A stretch of 64,000 nt of DNA from Hydrolagus colliei. Lineage: Eukaryota. The notes beneath the pieces are model-generated. The model made no database searches. It was not told where the DNA came from and worked only from the letters and a program-made list of their open reading frames with translations. Every line of letters starts with the position of its first letter. Position 1 is the first letter of the stretch. The DNA lies in the NCBI GenBank assembly GCA_035084275.1, contig CM068748.1, forward strand, positions 7,130,001 to 7,194,000. Reading direction: 5' to 3'. This document shows, in pieces, positions 38,526-52,662 of the stretch. Both the position numbers and the translations under genes were made by a program.

Positions 38526-41500
38526 GTCAGACTGTGTCACTGTGCATCTAATTTCAAAAAAAGATAATTTGGGCACTCAATCCCTGACTGTTTGTAAGAC
38601 AATGCTGTGCGCAGTGACTTAATTAGTTTATCTTGTTTCGCCCACAAAATATACATTCACTACACGCTACAGTATATTCTATGAACCACTTTTGAAACTG
38701 GCTGGTGTTTAACCTTTCCCTATACATAATACATAGATGATCAGTTTATTCCACACACTTCAATTTCATAATATTCCAGTTAAAAAGAACAATAGACTCT
38801 ACATTTGTTAGTTACCCATTATCATAGATTGTAGGCCAAAAGCACAGGTTTAGCTCAGTTGAAAGAGGCCCGACTTAGAGTTTATATGTTATGGATTTCC
38901 AGCACATCAATGAGCTGCCAGACAGCACACTCTGTTCTTTAAAGAACATGCACTGTTAACATCTGTTTAGTCTCCACTTTTATCCTGGATAATTACAGAC
39001 TGAAAAGCTATATACTTATTATCTTTCATTCTTCATTTCCTATCTATCTTTTGTGGCCAGATTTTCAGCTTTTGTTACACTTTCCTGAATCAACTGTTAA
39101 AAGGTGCTCGGTGACAACGATGACTAAGATGGACACTTTGAAAGTTGAGCACATCAGGGGCCTAGTTGGGCATCTCTGCACTTATTGAAACATTTTACTC
39201 AGTGCAGTGGTTTTAACACCATTTATTATTATTTACAGCTTTAACCTTCCCCACTGTGCATACATATGATCTGTGCTCCAAATCTATATTAATATTAATG
39301 CTTTATCTTGTGGCTTTCTATACAATTTACACCGACATTTACAATTTTTAATGACTTCAATTCCCTGAGTCAGGCAGTAACCACAGGTATTATTTACAAG
39401 AGACAAAACTGAAACCTCTTACTGTGAAGACAGTTGTGAAGCAATTTATTATCACTGCTGATTTTTAATCTCCTATGATTTTTCCTCACAATATATGCCT
39501 AAAGCAGTTATCTTGCTGTTTGAAATCCATCTACTTTGTGCAGAGCTAAGAAAACATGAGCTCCATTTTGTTATTGACGATCTAGTTTTCTATTTTCTCC
39601 TTCATCTTCCAACTTCTCATTTGATTTCTAAACTAATGTTGCACAATATAAACAATCCTTAGTTTTAGATTATTCTTTATTATCACAAGTTTTTCCTTGT
39701 CCTGAATTTGTATTAACATGGAATGTAATACAGTACTAAGGTGAGCTTAACTCAAAATTAAAATTAATTCAGCACATGTGATTCATGTTATGGTTTGGGA
39801 TAATTGGAATTTTTAAATTTTGTGTTTGCTAAAGTCACAACCACAATATTGTTTATATTTGCCAATGGAGTGAAGATCTAAATAGTATTGTTTATTGTGT
39901 GCAGCACAAATCAGCACACTGATTTTTATTGGCATCCAGAGAGACCACCACCATTGAAACATACAGTGAATTCATACCTCATCGCTTTTCTTTGTACAGT
40001 CACTTGTCACTCTATCGCCTCCCTCACTTACTACCAGTCTTTGCTACTTACCTTGTTAAACTTCCACTTAACAGCCTACCGTCTGCCAATGTATCAGGGC
40101 AGCAAATAGACGTTGCTGCCTTTTCATCCCGTCTGGTCAGCGCTGAGCATGAACACATGTTTTTGTTTTATAATTCACAACACATTGCAATTGGAAATAT
40201 TGGCAAGAGTGAGGAGAGGTGTAAGGCAAAAGTGGTCTCACTTGAACTGCAGTGAAAAATCTAGCATAATTGTAGCAACAGAGATTATATCACTACCCTC
40301 ATAACATCAGCAATACATAATGGAATCATGGATGTCAGTACAGTATAATGGAGGACTATGTGTTTTTATGCATTTGTGAATGTATATAAATGTAGTCTGT
40401 ATGTAGACTGTCCACCCGGGGAGGGGTAAGCAGGGTCTCTTAAGAGTTGAGCTGGTTCCAGCATGACATGCTTTGCAACAGAATGTGGGAATCAAGCCAA
40501 CTCTCTGTGGCATTCTCTGTCGTCTAGTTCCTAAGCTAGGCGGGTCTGTGGCACTGCAGGTCACTGCTGATGACAGACCAGACAGACCTGGCTCATTGGC
40601 AGGATTTGAGAGGCAGACTAGTCAGATTACCAGAGTAGTGAGGAACATGAAGAAAGTTTGCTGGGGGGAAATGAATTGTGACTGGCAACTTGTTTTTCCT
40701 AGAACCCAACTTCTATCTGAGAGTAGAGAACGTAGTTGAGACTGGCTGATTTCATTATGGCCATTAAATTGCAGAGAAAGTTTGCTTTATGTTTCACTGC
40801 AACTGACCAGCTAACATGAAGCTGCGTAATTGTGCTTCAGGCTGCTTAATGCCCAGCAACAGTTTACAGGTGCAAGATCTTTGTTGGATATTTAGCTGCT
40901 GTTATTATGACGATGCCTTTGGTTGGTTTATCTCAAGTCATTTTAAAAGAAGTTGTGAGAGCTGGGTTTTGTGTGAGCGCTGTCATGTTCTGTATGGAAT
41001 ATGCAAATGCAGAACATTCAGTGCCGCATTTGTTTAACCTTTTCTCCAATCACAGTATTGCTCCCTTTGGGACGTGCCATCAAGCCAGACATCAAACAGA
41101 TGTATTTTGTTAGTTAATTTGTAGTGTAATGCCTCTTCATTTAATACCAGTTCTGGGGTTGAGGTAAACCACCCATTGACAGTGGCCTATAGCACAGTTT
41201 TCAATCATTAAAAGCAGTGTAAGACATGCAAAACTGCACAGAATTCAGCTTAAATGATTTATATGCAACTTCGACTTGAGGTCATATGGAAATGTTGCAT
41301 TTTCACACTGTGGAGGAGGAGCAAGTTGAGCAGTTACAGCTGCGTTGAGCACTTTGCAAGGAGAGAAATGCAGCAATCTCGTAAACTAGCCAAATAGTCC
41401 ACCCAGAGTTCAATTCCTGCTTCCAGTGGTTGTCATGAAAATTAGTTATAATTTTGTTTTTATCAGAAATTTTTCTTCATCCAACTTTTTCAAACAGCAG

Positions 41501-43714
41501 CATCTCAATTGCAGCATTATATGATGTAACTTTTATGTCAAGTTTTATGGATCTAGTGAAGAAATATTTAGGGCCTATTCTGGAATAATGTTTGGTTTGT
41601 GATCTTCTTCTAGAAAGGGATCTGAATATATAATTCAACTGAAAGTCCCTTTAAGGGGCATAACTAAACACATCTGTTTTGAGGCCAAAGTATTTGAGAC
41701 CTTGTTTACGATTTTGATGGTCATTGTGAAGTGTTACAACACATTTATAAATACTGAAGTCTGCATTAATGGAAAAGCTAAAAATCATGTAAGATATACA
41801 TCATGTGTTCTCGCTCTGTTGAAATGAGTTTGGAAATCAGTCTTTTGTGTATTTTTGCAATTTGTCAACTTTTGGGGGTCAGCCAGGTGTCTGACACATG
41901 CAGAAACCCATCACCCTGCTTAAGAATATCCAAACCAGACTGAGTTCCACATATGCTTGTCATCTATGCATCAAATTTTTCTGTGTATGTTAGCAATAAG
42001 ATGGCCTAGCGAGTAAAGAAACAGACGGGTGAAGCAGTCGGCCTCAGAAATTAGAAAGTTGCAGGTTTGAAATCCTACCTTTGGCTTAAAGAGTGGAACA
42101 AAATATTTTCCTCCCGATTGCTATTTGGAGACATCTGAAATGTTTGGTTAAAGACCAAGCGTACCTTGTTCCAGAGGTTGAGCTTGTGGATTGATTATGA
42201 AGTCAATGGTGGTTTAAATGCTCAAATTTTAATTTGCATGGAGTTGTGCTAGTGTCCTTGTATGGTGGAACTTGCAATTTTTGCTAAAGGGAGATCTGAT
42301 CTTCTATTGCAAGGTGCAACTGTGTCGAGTTTGGTCGAGGATGCTAACTTTAGAATCAACTCACACAGTTGAGATACTGGAAGGCTTGGTACCTAAGGAA
42401 CTATACCCAAGAAGGAAATAGAATTAAACTCTTTCAGCAAAGCAGGAAGGGGGACACAAAATCAAGATAAAATACAATAAGTTGTATATGTGCTGTTGGA
42501 AGGAGGGAGCTCAATTGTGTTTTCTCAAACCTCTGTGTTTCCCGTGTGTTTTTAGTTGGTAAATGTTATGTGCAACAAACTGTGCAACCGAAGGATTGAA
42601 TTATGTTGGCTGTTATAGACTATGTGTCTTGGAGTTAACACTGGTGTCTGCAAGTCTGCACGTGACAGTGGGGTGGAAAATTTGTCTGAAGTAATCAAAC
42701 AGTATGTACTGAGACTAAAATCTTTTCCAGGAGTAAGTGCCAAGCTGATTATCAGAACAGCTGGCTTATGTATCATAGATGAAATAATTTCTGCATTTTT
42801 GGTACTTTAATCCTTAACAACAGAAGCAATAAATGCCAAAATCACAGGGAGAAGCAATTTATTTCAGGAATATTTGAAAATTGCCTCATCGTTGCCAGAT
42901 GTAGCTTTAAGTCTGGGGTAAAGTCTTCAACACATGGATTGAGATTACTTAAACATATACTGTAAGTCCTAAAACAGGTATTGCAAAAAATGCCTTGGGA
43001 CTACATTTAGTTTTGCAATTCAGTAGTTTATTTTAAAGCCAGGTTGGATTTTGATTTTTGCAGCTCACAGATCAAATGTTTACAGCTACAATACATTGAA
43101 CAAGCAGCAATTTGGGTTTGTCTTTTCACCTAAAGAATGCATTTTATTTTATTTACAAAAAACATGTGTTGAAATTTACCCCTATGTTGACATGAAATGT
43201 GAAATGGGGCCAAATCTCGCAACATTGCTAGTATTTTGTGGTTTGTTCAATGGGTTGACAGAGATATTCCTTGTAACTGCCTGGAAGTCTGTGTCTAAGA
43301 GTATAATTTGTGGCACCAGAAATCACTTGTATAGTAAGTATTTTGGCTCCACTTAGGAAGTGGGAGGATGACTTCCAGTAACACAGGAATTAAACCAGTA
43401 GTTCGTTAGTAATAATTGATGGAATATTTTTTATTACAGCGCAGTACTTTGAGCTTTCTTTCTGTCCTTTTCTGGGCAGAAATTCTAGTGATTCTGATTC
43501 ATCCAATTTACTGTACAGTATATATCGAATTGGGCATTTAAGCTAATAGGAAAGATTTTGGAAGCTGTAAATATTTATGTTAGAGAATACACAATCGAGG
43601 TTTGATGTTTTTAAAGACTTTCTGATCCGAAGGGATGCAGGATACTGTCAAAATTAAACTGTATTTTATTCAGTGTGGATCTTATGATCTCAAATTCTGA
43701 ATGAAAAGGGCGAA

Positions 43715-43915
43715 TAGATAATTCTAAATGTGGTTACTTTACATAGAGAGTGGTTGACATGTGGAATAGATTTCACATGGAGGTTGTGGAAACTGAGAGT
43801 GATCAGTTTCACAAGAAATTCATTGTATTTGTGACAGTAAAGAAAATTGAAGGGGCAATGTGTGATAAAGCTTGATGATGTTTGAAAAATGGTTTGGCTT
43901 GATGGTCTGCTCTGT
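43715..43915 (+). mobile_element. Decayed CR1 3' end
   Basis: tactttacatagagagtggttgacatgtggaatag...ggaggttgtgga (FT.RVV..WN motif). Confidence 0.55.
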
Positions 43916-44169
43916 ATTTTTTGAGGAACACATTTGTATTTTTGTGATGATTCTGGTGAGGACTATGGGATGTAGATATAATCTCTTCCTGTCATGTGGT
44001 GTAAAACTACAACCAGTTTGAAAGGGCTATCACCCTAGATTCCTTAACTTCAGCAAGCACTTGTAACTTGACAAATGCTACGTGTAGTGCTTGGCTTGGA
44101 GAGACTAATTGTTGGATTGAGTTACAAGCTGCAACATACTCATCCAATTGTTTCCTATAAGGACTGACT

Positions 44170-44566
44170 GTTCTTTGCATCTTCGCTGCATTCAAATCCT
44201 TTCACACTCTGGTGCCTCCCTACAAAACAAACATCTGGCACCTCTCTACCGCTCCGAACTCCTCACTGCCCAATCCACCATCTGGCACCTCCGCTCTTGC
44301 TCATCCCTTGTATCCTTTGACCCTTGACCCACCATCGTAGGTCACACTTTCAGCCACTACGCCCCAAAACACAAGAAGACTCGAGTTCAATCCCTCCCCT
44401 TTGCCCCTTCCCTCCCTCTTTCAAGTTCAGGCTGAAAACCTTCCTCTTCGCCTATACTTACAGCCACTTACCCACCTCGTTCGGAGTCAGGCTCTGCCAT
44501 TGTTAAGCACTCTGAGACGATACCCTGCATGCAGAGCATTATATAAGTGCAAGTTGTTGCTGTTGT
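44170..44566 (+). mobile_element. L2 3' fragment with tail
   Basis: SFKFRLKTFLF; tail taagcactctgagacg...gcattatataagtgcaagttgttg. Confidence 0.8.
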
Positions 44567-45602
44567 GCTGCACCAATACGTACAGACAATATATGAATAT
44601 CAATACCCTTGTCAAAGTTGTTTCTCTGAACATTATGAGTCACAGTCAAATAATATGGAAATTAATTGAACTGTGCCAATAACATCTTTACCCATTGAAA
44701 CCTTCTATTTACTGTACTTCCTTTGTAAATCTTACAACGTAATCATCAACGTATTTGATGAATATGTCATTATTATCCTTTGAAACTATAAGAGCTGATC
44801 TACTACACTATATTTTAATGCTGATGGTTTTAATTTTTTTGTGCCTCCTCCCTTAAAGTCACAGATTTTTGTTGGCATAATTCCAACAAAAACTGATTGG
44901 CTTGTAGTCAGTCAAATTCTAAGGATTAAACTATGGGATCCTTTATTTGTTCAGGGAAGTTTGGGCTTGTGAATCACACTCAGATCTGGACAATTGGATT
45001 TGTTCTTGATGTTGCAATTGCAGCTGAAGTTTTGCCTGTCTAGCTCTCAAGTTTAATCCTCAGTTCATAAACCATCTCTACTATTTTAGTCTTGCAAACT
45101 ATTCTGAAGTGTATGAATATGTTGTTCCTTTGATGACTGGTTGGTGGAGTGAATGCATCAGATGACTGAAGGGTGCAGTGAATTGATTTCATATCTGAGA
45201 CCTGGATTGAGATCTAGCTTTGATTAAATAAGTTTCCACCCCTCAATACATGTATTTCTGTTGGATTTAGACTTAATGGTAAATGTGCAGTTGGTCAGTT
45301 GGGTTCGCTGTATGGTATCAGATGTTGACTTCCTTGATGGAAGTAATATGTACAAGTGAATGATTTTTTTTTGCACATTATATGCATTGTATCAACCTCA
45401 GTAGGTTAGTAGATACACTAGAATTCAAATATAGAATCTTCCAGTCACAAGTGACCTTGGATAGCTCAGCCGTCTGAGCTACGTGAGATAATATAATAGG
45501 AGTTCATAGAATTGGTGTTTAAATTGTGCCCTCCCTTAATTTGCGGGTAAAGTATGAATTATTTGTCGTAATGATGATGTTATTAGATATAAATACTGAT
45601 GA

Positions 45603-45812
<210 letters not shown>

Positions 45813-46325
45813 TGATTCATTCCTCCACTAAAGTCGGTTCAAAGCAAGATCAGAATTGCATTTTTCCATATTAAATACAAGCTGCTTTGATCAAAAATTG
45901 AGCTTGGCACTTGTTCAAACACAACTTCTAAATAAGTTAGGTCAAAGTAGCTTTAGCAGTAGATTTTACAAGAATCCAACAAAGTAATACATTTTCTGCG
46001 TCAGTATAAGATTATATTTGCTTTAAATTGGGGGTGAATTTGCATAGGATTGTATTTCACAATGAAACAATTCTACTCCATTACATTTGGGCCAAGTATC
46101 ACGAAGTTTGTAAAGAGGAGTTTGTTCTGGAACTCTTACATATCCCCATGGAGATTCGAAACCGTATAAATTAGTATCGCTCCTCTTGATCAGGAATTGT
46201 ACTGTTATATGGTTAAAATTGAGAACTGGGATAATTAGCATGTTACTGAAAAAATGCCGTCAACTAGGTCAGTTAATAAGTAAAGATATTGACTAGGCCT
46301 GCAATAGTGCCCTTCTTTCCTGAGT

Positions 46326-46459
46326 CTGTCACAATGATTAAGCCCGAAGGTGGCCTATTACCAAATACTGAACTTGCCGATGGTTTCCTGCAAGCCTCCA
46401 AAAACAATATGCGGATCTATAACTCAACGGACTGGCTTCTGGCCCAATCATTGTGACAG
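46326..46459. mobile_element. Short inverted-repeat (MITE-like) element
   Basis: ctgtcacaatgattaagcccgaag / cttctggcccaatcattgtgacag; first 14 bp perfectly complementary; weaker outer pair at 46288 / 46482. Confidence 0.6.
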
Positions 46460-47555
46460 TGTCGACACAGGCTACAGTCAATGACTTTAGTTGTTGATTC
46501 ATTGCATTGGCTGCACGTTTCGTTGCTTAATTTTGCATCAAATATATTTTTTAGAGTTTTTTTTTACATCTTCTGACTCCATTAAATGTAACTTTCCAAA
46601 TGAACCATTCTTCAAATGTAAGTTGGCAAAAGCGAGTGTGGGCAGGCTGTGAGGCAGATTTTTAATATCATGTACTGTGCGAGCACACTACTTTCTTTAG
46701 CTTCTCCAAGATTAATGTAATAGAGATTGAACCAACAACCTTATGACAAAATAAGATATATCAAAATATATTAAAAACAATTCAGTCACCGAGACTCATT
46801 GGCTCCTTAATAAATACATCATTTTAATCATCAATGTCTCAGCAAATAATAATATATATTCTGGAAACTAAGGTGAAATACAAGATGGTTCAGGTGAATG
46901 TTGCTCCCATTACAATAAATCTTTCAAATCATTAAAATATTTAGTTTAAGTGTTAGCCATAGATATGTTTCCCTCTATTTTCCACTGTCTCCAACAAAAT
47001 GTTCAGCCCAGTCTCAGTCACAGACTTTTTTCCCTGCCAACAAAGCTGTTTTTTAAGCTCTGTTACAATTATGATATTTGTCTTTTTATAGTGGTATTAC
47101 GGAGGTTTGAATATCTCCAGTCTGTGTGTAACATAAATTGAGTTTTGTCAGAATAGAAAATGGCCTAAAGTATGAAAGCCATAAGTTTGGTGAATCAGAT
47201 TAATGAGTGTCACTGGACCAAGTATTGGTCTCAAACATCTAACTGTAATCAATGCTAAATAAGTGGTAGGAAATCTGGAAGATGAATGCTGACTGGGGAA
47301 CAAGCCCTAGGAGTAAGGAGTACTGGGTTTTGCAGGAGATTAGATCCCATACAGTCTTTTCACCTCCATACCTGGGTTCAAATCAAGTTTTTGTATAGCT
47401 TCCTATAGTTATAGATATAGTAAATATCCTGTATGAAATGAGTTCAGGCCAAAGGGGTTTGGAATTTCACCCAAACTTAGAAAACCCACATTGATTTAGA
47501 AACTTTATTCAGAGATGTTAAATAGATAAGTGGTGTGGGCAGCTAGAAGGTGTTT

Positions 47556-47984
47556 AGCTCCCCATCCCCCAGAAGATTGAATTCAAGATCCTTGTCCTCA
47601 CTTTCACGGCTTTGCCCCCCTCCTACCTCTCTGACCTGCTGACTCCCTATCAACCTGCCCACCCCCTCTGTTCAATGGGCTCTGGTCTGCTCCATGTCCC
47701 TCGCTCAACCCGTCCTATCATTGGTGACTGGGCTTTCAGCCTCTCTGCCCCCACACTTTGGAACTCCCACAATCCCTTCACCCCCCTTCCTCCCTTGCAT
47801 CCATCAAGGCCAGTCTCAAGACCCTCCTCTTCGATTGTGCCTTCTGCCGCCCTCCCAACTCTCTATCTCCCCCCCACCCTCCCTCTCCCCCTTGCTCAGG
47901 TCCTGACCCCCGACTATTCAGCGCCTTGGGATGTCCTTCTGACGTGAAAGGTGCTCTATAAATGTAATTTTGTTGTTGTTGTTT
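47556..47984 (+). mobile_element. L2 3' fragment ending ~35 nt before an exon acceptor
   Basis: IEFKIL...PPSYLSDLLTPYQP...AFSLSAPTLWNS; tail gtgaaaggtgctctataaatgtaa(TTG)n. Confidence 0.9.
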
Positions 47985-48019
47985 GATGTACTTATGATAT
48001 TCCAACCTTCTTGTCACAG

Positions 48020-48278
48020 GTCCAGGAAAGTACTAAAGATGTGGCAGTTCATGGACCAGTCTGACATTGAAACTATGCGAAGCCTAAAAGATGCTATGGC
48101 ACAGCATGAAACGTCATCTGAATACAGGAAAGTAGTTAGCCGGGCTCTGAATATACCCGGATGCAAAGTTGTTCCCTTCTGTGGTGTGTTTCTAAAGGAG
48201 CTTTGTGACGTGCTGGATGGAGCAGCCAGTTTAATGAAGTTTCATTCACGCTGTGATTCCCAGGATGACACCATAGAG
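48020..48278 (+). CDS. PLCE1: PLCE1 exon (~6), RasGEF domain
   Basis: tcacag|G ... ATAGAG|gtaaga, 259 nt; [30 protein letters not shown]...[13 protein letters not shown]. Confidence 0.96.
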
Positions 48279-48925
48279 GTAAGAGACTTCACTGATGATG
48301 AAGGCAAATGGAGCGATGACCATTAATTTATCTCAGAAAATGCCTGGATGGTAATGCTCCTTTTTGGAATATTTACTGAGTGATGGTATTTTATGCGGAG
48401 TGTGATTGGTGACATTGTCATTTGCAAAGGAGAGTTTTCCTGTTACCAATTTTTCTTTAGGTTGAGTTTCTGGAACAGACAGGAATATCCTGCTCAGAAT
48501 TTTTTTTTGACCAGAAGTGCAACACTGTATATAGTATTTCTTTTTTGTGGGGGAGGGTGGTGGTGGGGTGGGGTGCAGGGGAACTATTAATCCAACATGT
48601 TACTTACATTTACTTTAATAGGAAATGAAACAGTTGATCTGCTCTAAAGGTTTTAAGTAATGTAATTTACATTCAACTACTGGGTTACTGGGTATGTACT
48701 GTAATTGATTGTCATGGTAAAAATAGGAAGGTAACCTAAATTGCCTGTTAAGGCATCAGTCCCTGGTTACATTTCTTGTGGTCAATGTATGCATTGGACA
48801 TTTGTTTCACAAGATAAGGTCTAATATCCTGTTTGTTTGAATGTGGATAATGTTCCCAGTTTTAATGACCGTATCATCATAATCATCGGGGACAGATTCT
48901 CACTGAAGGAAATTATTTGTCCCAG

Positions 48926-49134
48926 TTTGTTGCAGACTACAATGGACAGGACAATTTCTTGCAGCGCATTGGAAAAGATGGACTTAACAATACAGAGAAG
49001 GAGTCCACAGTGAACAGCATCCTCCAGATAATTCGAAGCTGTAACAGAAACGTAGAATCTGAAGAAGGAGAAGAGAATGCCAGTGAAAGTTGTACTACCC
49101 GGAAGAACTCCTTCAAAGAGAGAAACAAGTATCA
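48926..49134 (+). CDS. PLCE1: PLCE1 exon (~7)
   Basis: tcccag|TTT ... TATCA|gtaagt, 209 nt, phase 0 to 2; [16 protein letters not shown]...[17 protein letters not shown]. Confidence 0.95.
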
Positions 49135-49295
49135 GTAAGTATTAGAATTAATTTTTTTGAATGACATTTGGAACTGTATTCATCACAGTGTATGAAGTAG
49201 ACCTATAGCAGCATTTCACAATAGCAACAGCAGATAATTTACATATTTTCTAGGCTGGAGTATCATATATGTGCTGAAGAGAGAATTAAAACAAT

Positions 49296-49570
49296 TATCA
49301 CAGAATTATACAGCACAGAAGGATGCCGTTTGGCCTATTGTGTCTGTGCTGGCTCTTTGAAAAAAGCTGTTTCTATCCCACTCCCCTGTTATCTTCCTCT
49401 GACCCTGCAAACCCATCCTCTCCAAATAACTATCTTCTGTACTTGTCTCTTAAAAGTTGTTATCGAATTGGCTTCCAACCCTTTTCAGGCAATGCATTCC
49501 AGATGCGAACAATTTAATGTGTGCAAAAGTTTCTCCTCACCTCCACTCTGTTTCTTTTAACAACATTTTA
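49296..49570 (-). mobile_element. CR1 3' end, antisense, decayed
   Basis: tacagcacagaaggatgccgtttggcctattgtgtctgtgctggctcttt...caggcaatgcattccagat. Confidence 0.75.
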
Positions 49571-49764
49571 ATGTAGGATGTTTTCAGCTATTATTAAATA
49601 TTCTTCCTTCTAAGCTAAACTTTACAACTCAAGTAAAAATTTTCTTTGGTTGATTATTGAAATGGAACAAAGTACTGTGGGAGTGGAAAACAAACAAATA
49701 ACTAACCCAGACACATGGCCATCATGAACGTAAAGAGAAAGCTTACAAACAGAAATAAAATGCA

Positions 49765-49929
49765 AAATACTGCAGATGCTGGAAATCTGAAACAAAAACA
49801 GAGATCGCTGGGAACACTCAACAGGTTAGACAGCATCTATGGAGAACAGAAAGTGGGTTGAACTTTCCTTGTTCCATAGATGCTGCCTGACCTGCTAAGT
49901 GTTTCCAGGGATCTCTGTTTTTGTTTCAG
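49765..49929. repeat. Long inverted repeat (57-bp arms) resembling a common shark fold-back repeat
   Basis: 49787-49843 versus 49873-49929 complementary at 51/57 positions. Confidence 0.85.
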
Positions 49930-52662
49930 GTTACAAACAGATCTGTCGTGATTCTATTGCAATGGTATCTAGACTTACCGTCATTGACACAGCTGTTTGG
50001 CTCCAGTTACACTAACAGTATGTTCCCTAGGATTGCCCATGTATTTTGTGCTCTTCCCTCTCATAGTTCATTAATGTTAAAATGTCACTTCAGAATTTGG
50101 GAGATACCAAATCACATTATACAGCTTTGCAATAGTACTGCCCACAAAATGTGTACATGCAAACGACTTTACAGTATACCTTGAGAAGCGCTTTGAGGTG
50201 TCTTGACAATGTAATAAGGTGCTTTATCAAATGCATGGATTTATTATTACCTTGATGTCCAGCTTAGCTATTATTGCAATATAGATCAAATAGGTGAATA
50301 TCCACATTCTATATAAAAGTAAACTCTTCTCAAAAGAGAACTTCTGCTTGGACTGTTTTCTTCATCTTCCGTTTCTACTGAAAATGTTATATTGAGCTTT
50401 CACACTGTGATCTCACTGTGTCACACTGATAAGAATTGGTTTAAAGTTGGTTTCAGAGGCAGGTTGTTCAGCTACTTGAAAGAATTATGGATCGTGGAGC
50501 TGAATGCATCTTCAGAGCAACAAGGCAAACTTTTGATATGATTTTTGAGTGAGTTCCAGATAAAGAAACAGTAAAATAACATGACTTATCAACAGCTTCT
50601 GGAGAAATATTTTCTGAACTCATTGGTGGAGCTCAAGTGTTTGTAACACATAGGTTTGGAAAATAAATGATTTTGAATTTGAACAAGCAAGCTTCACTGT
50701 GGGGAAATATTAGCAAGAATATTGTGGCTACTCTTTATTCCTGTTATTACTTCATCAACATATTGAAAATGCATAAAATTAATCAGAAATGACGTCTGTT
50801 ATGTGCCTGTAATGGTATCTGCTGTGGCTACGGCTTGAAATAACATAAGCTTCTACTATTCAAACACAAGCCTTCTCAAAGCTTATGTCGATAAGTATAC
50901 ATGGAGATTGTATCTATATTTTGTACTGTTTCTGTGTACTTTGTTTTTTGAAGAACTTAATTACTTGATTTTTCTTTGATACTAGATTTTCTTAGGACAT
51001 AATAGATTTTACTTTAGGTTTATCAGAGCTAAATTACTTATATTTTTGGCAATATTTATAATATATGATCCACAAAATGATGTTCAAACGGCTTTGTGGG
51101 TTAAATTTACAAGGGGAACTTATAACATTTTTGAATTTACAAAACTTCAGTTTGATTTCATTGCTACTTGAAGTGTTAGGTTTTCAATGACATGAATCTG
51201 AACATCATTATTTAAGTAAACACATTACGGTCTAGTGCAGAGAGGAAGTTAAAAAAATAACAAATTTAATCTGCCTTCTGACTGAATTTTACCTTGGATC
51301 CATACAATAAACAATGTCAGTTTGGTCTGCCACTGAGTTCACAAATACTCGCTTTGAAATTGCAAAGCTGTCGCCTTTGTTTCATGGCTAACATCAGTTT
51401 TGGCAGAAAGGTTATGAATCATGTGCAGTTGAACACAAATTGAACACGAGGATCCATCATTTTGCATGATGCCAAAAACACTCTTGCCTAAATATTTGTG
51501 ATATCATTTCTATTGTAATTTGGTCCAAAATTATGCCACTTATTTTGTCATAATTTGATCTTATACCTGACAGTCCATTATTTTTCTTCTTCAGATTTCT
51601 CACCTATTCTTTTATTTTATCGCAAGATTATTTTTTACTCTGTTTCAGTACTTTTCTTCTTATATCTCTCTTAAGCACAACTACTAGAGTAAGGAAACCA
51701 TCAGAATCGAATCGAGTGTTGTAAGTTGAATACCGTGCGCTTGTCATCTGCAAGTGAATGCACAATAGCTAACAGCCTCTTACGAACCAGAAGCTTTCGG
51801 GCATGGCTGCAGTAACATATGAATGTGAGGGATTTGGATTCCCAGTGGCCAGCTTTGGTCTGATACTATTCCTCATCTACACTGGTACTGAGAAGTCTCA
51901 AAGATGGCAATCAAAAATAAATTCAAAAAAATTATTGATTTAAAAGCTAAAATAACAACTTGTATTTATATAGCACCCTTTTTTCAGATATTTTCAGAGG
52001 TGTGCATTTTCAGACAAATGCAGCTTTTCGATTTGAATGCAGTGAAGCCATTAAAATCAACAAAATAATTAAGACAGTTGAAGGAATTTGGAACGCCACA
52101 GAAAATGTAAATGGCACACAACTTTAAAGATGAGGTTACTTCCTGGGAATAAAGCACTTTCTTAAATGAGGGTAGGGGCTGTAATCTTATTAAATTGCTA
52201 TCATTGGCCAAAAGAGGGCAAAATCATATTGCTAATACAGTAATAAACAATATAAAATCATACACAAAGTTTCAGTGTTTTTCTCATGGATTCAGCTTCT
52301 GTAAGCAAAGGATTTTGATTAGTACCAAGAGGAACTTGTGCTATTTGATATTTGGCATTTTTTATATGCATGACTTCTTGCACATGGACTTTGTAGGGCA
52401 ATGTGCAAAGATTCAAATAATGATGACAGCTAGGCTGGGCGAAATGTCTCTTAAGCAGTGCCCATGTGCTTATTCTGCATTTTGATACAATATTGCATCC
52501 TAGGAATGTATGGCAACTGTGAGCTGACATGGAGTGGTATTGGGCTTGAAAGTTGTTCCAATGGATGTGATAAGAAGTTGAGCTCGCTTGCAAAACAGAA
52601 ATACGAAAATTAGAAGAATGATTCCTAATCGTTTCACTTTCCTTCTGTCTCTGCTTCCACAG

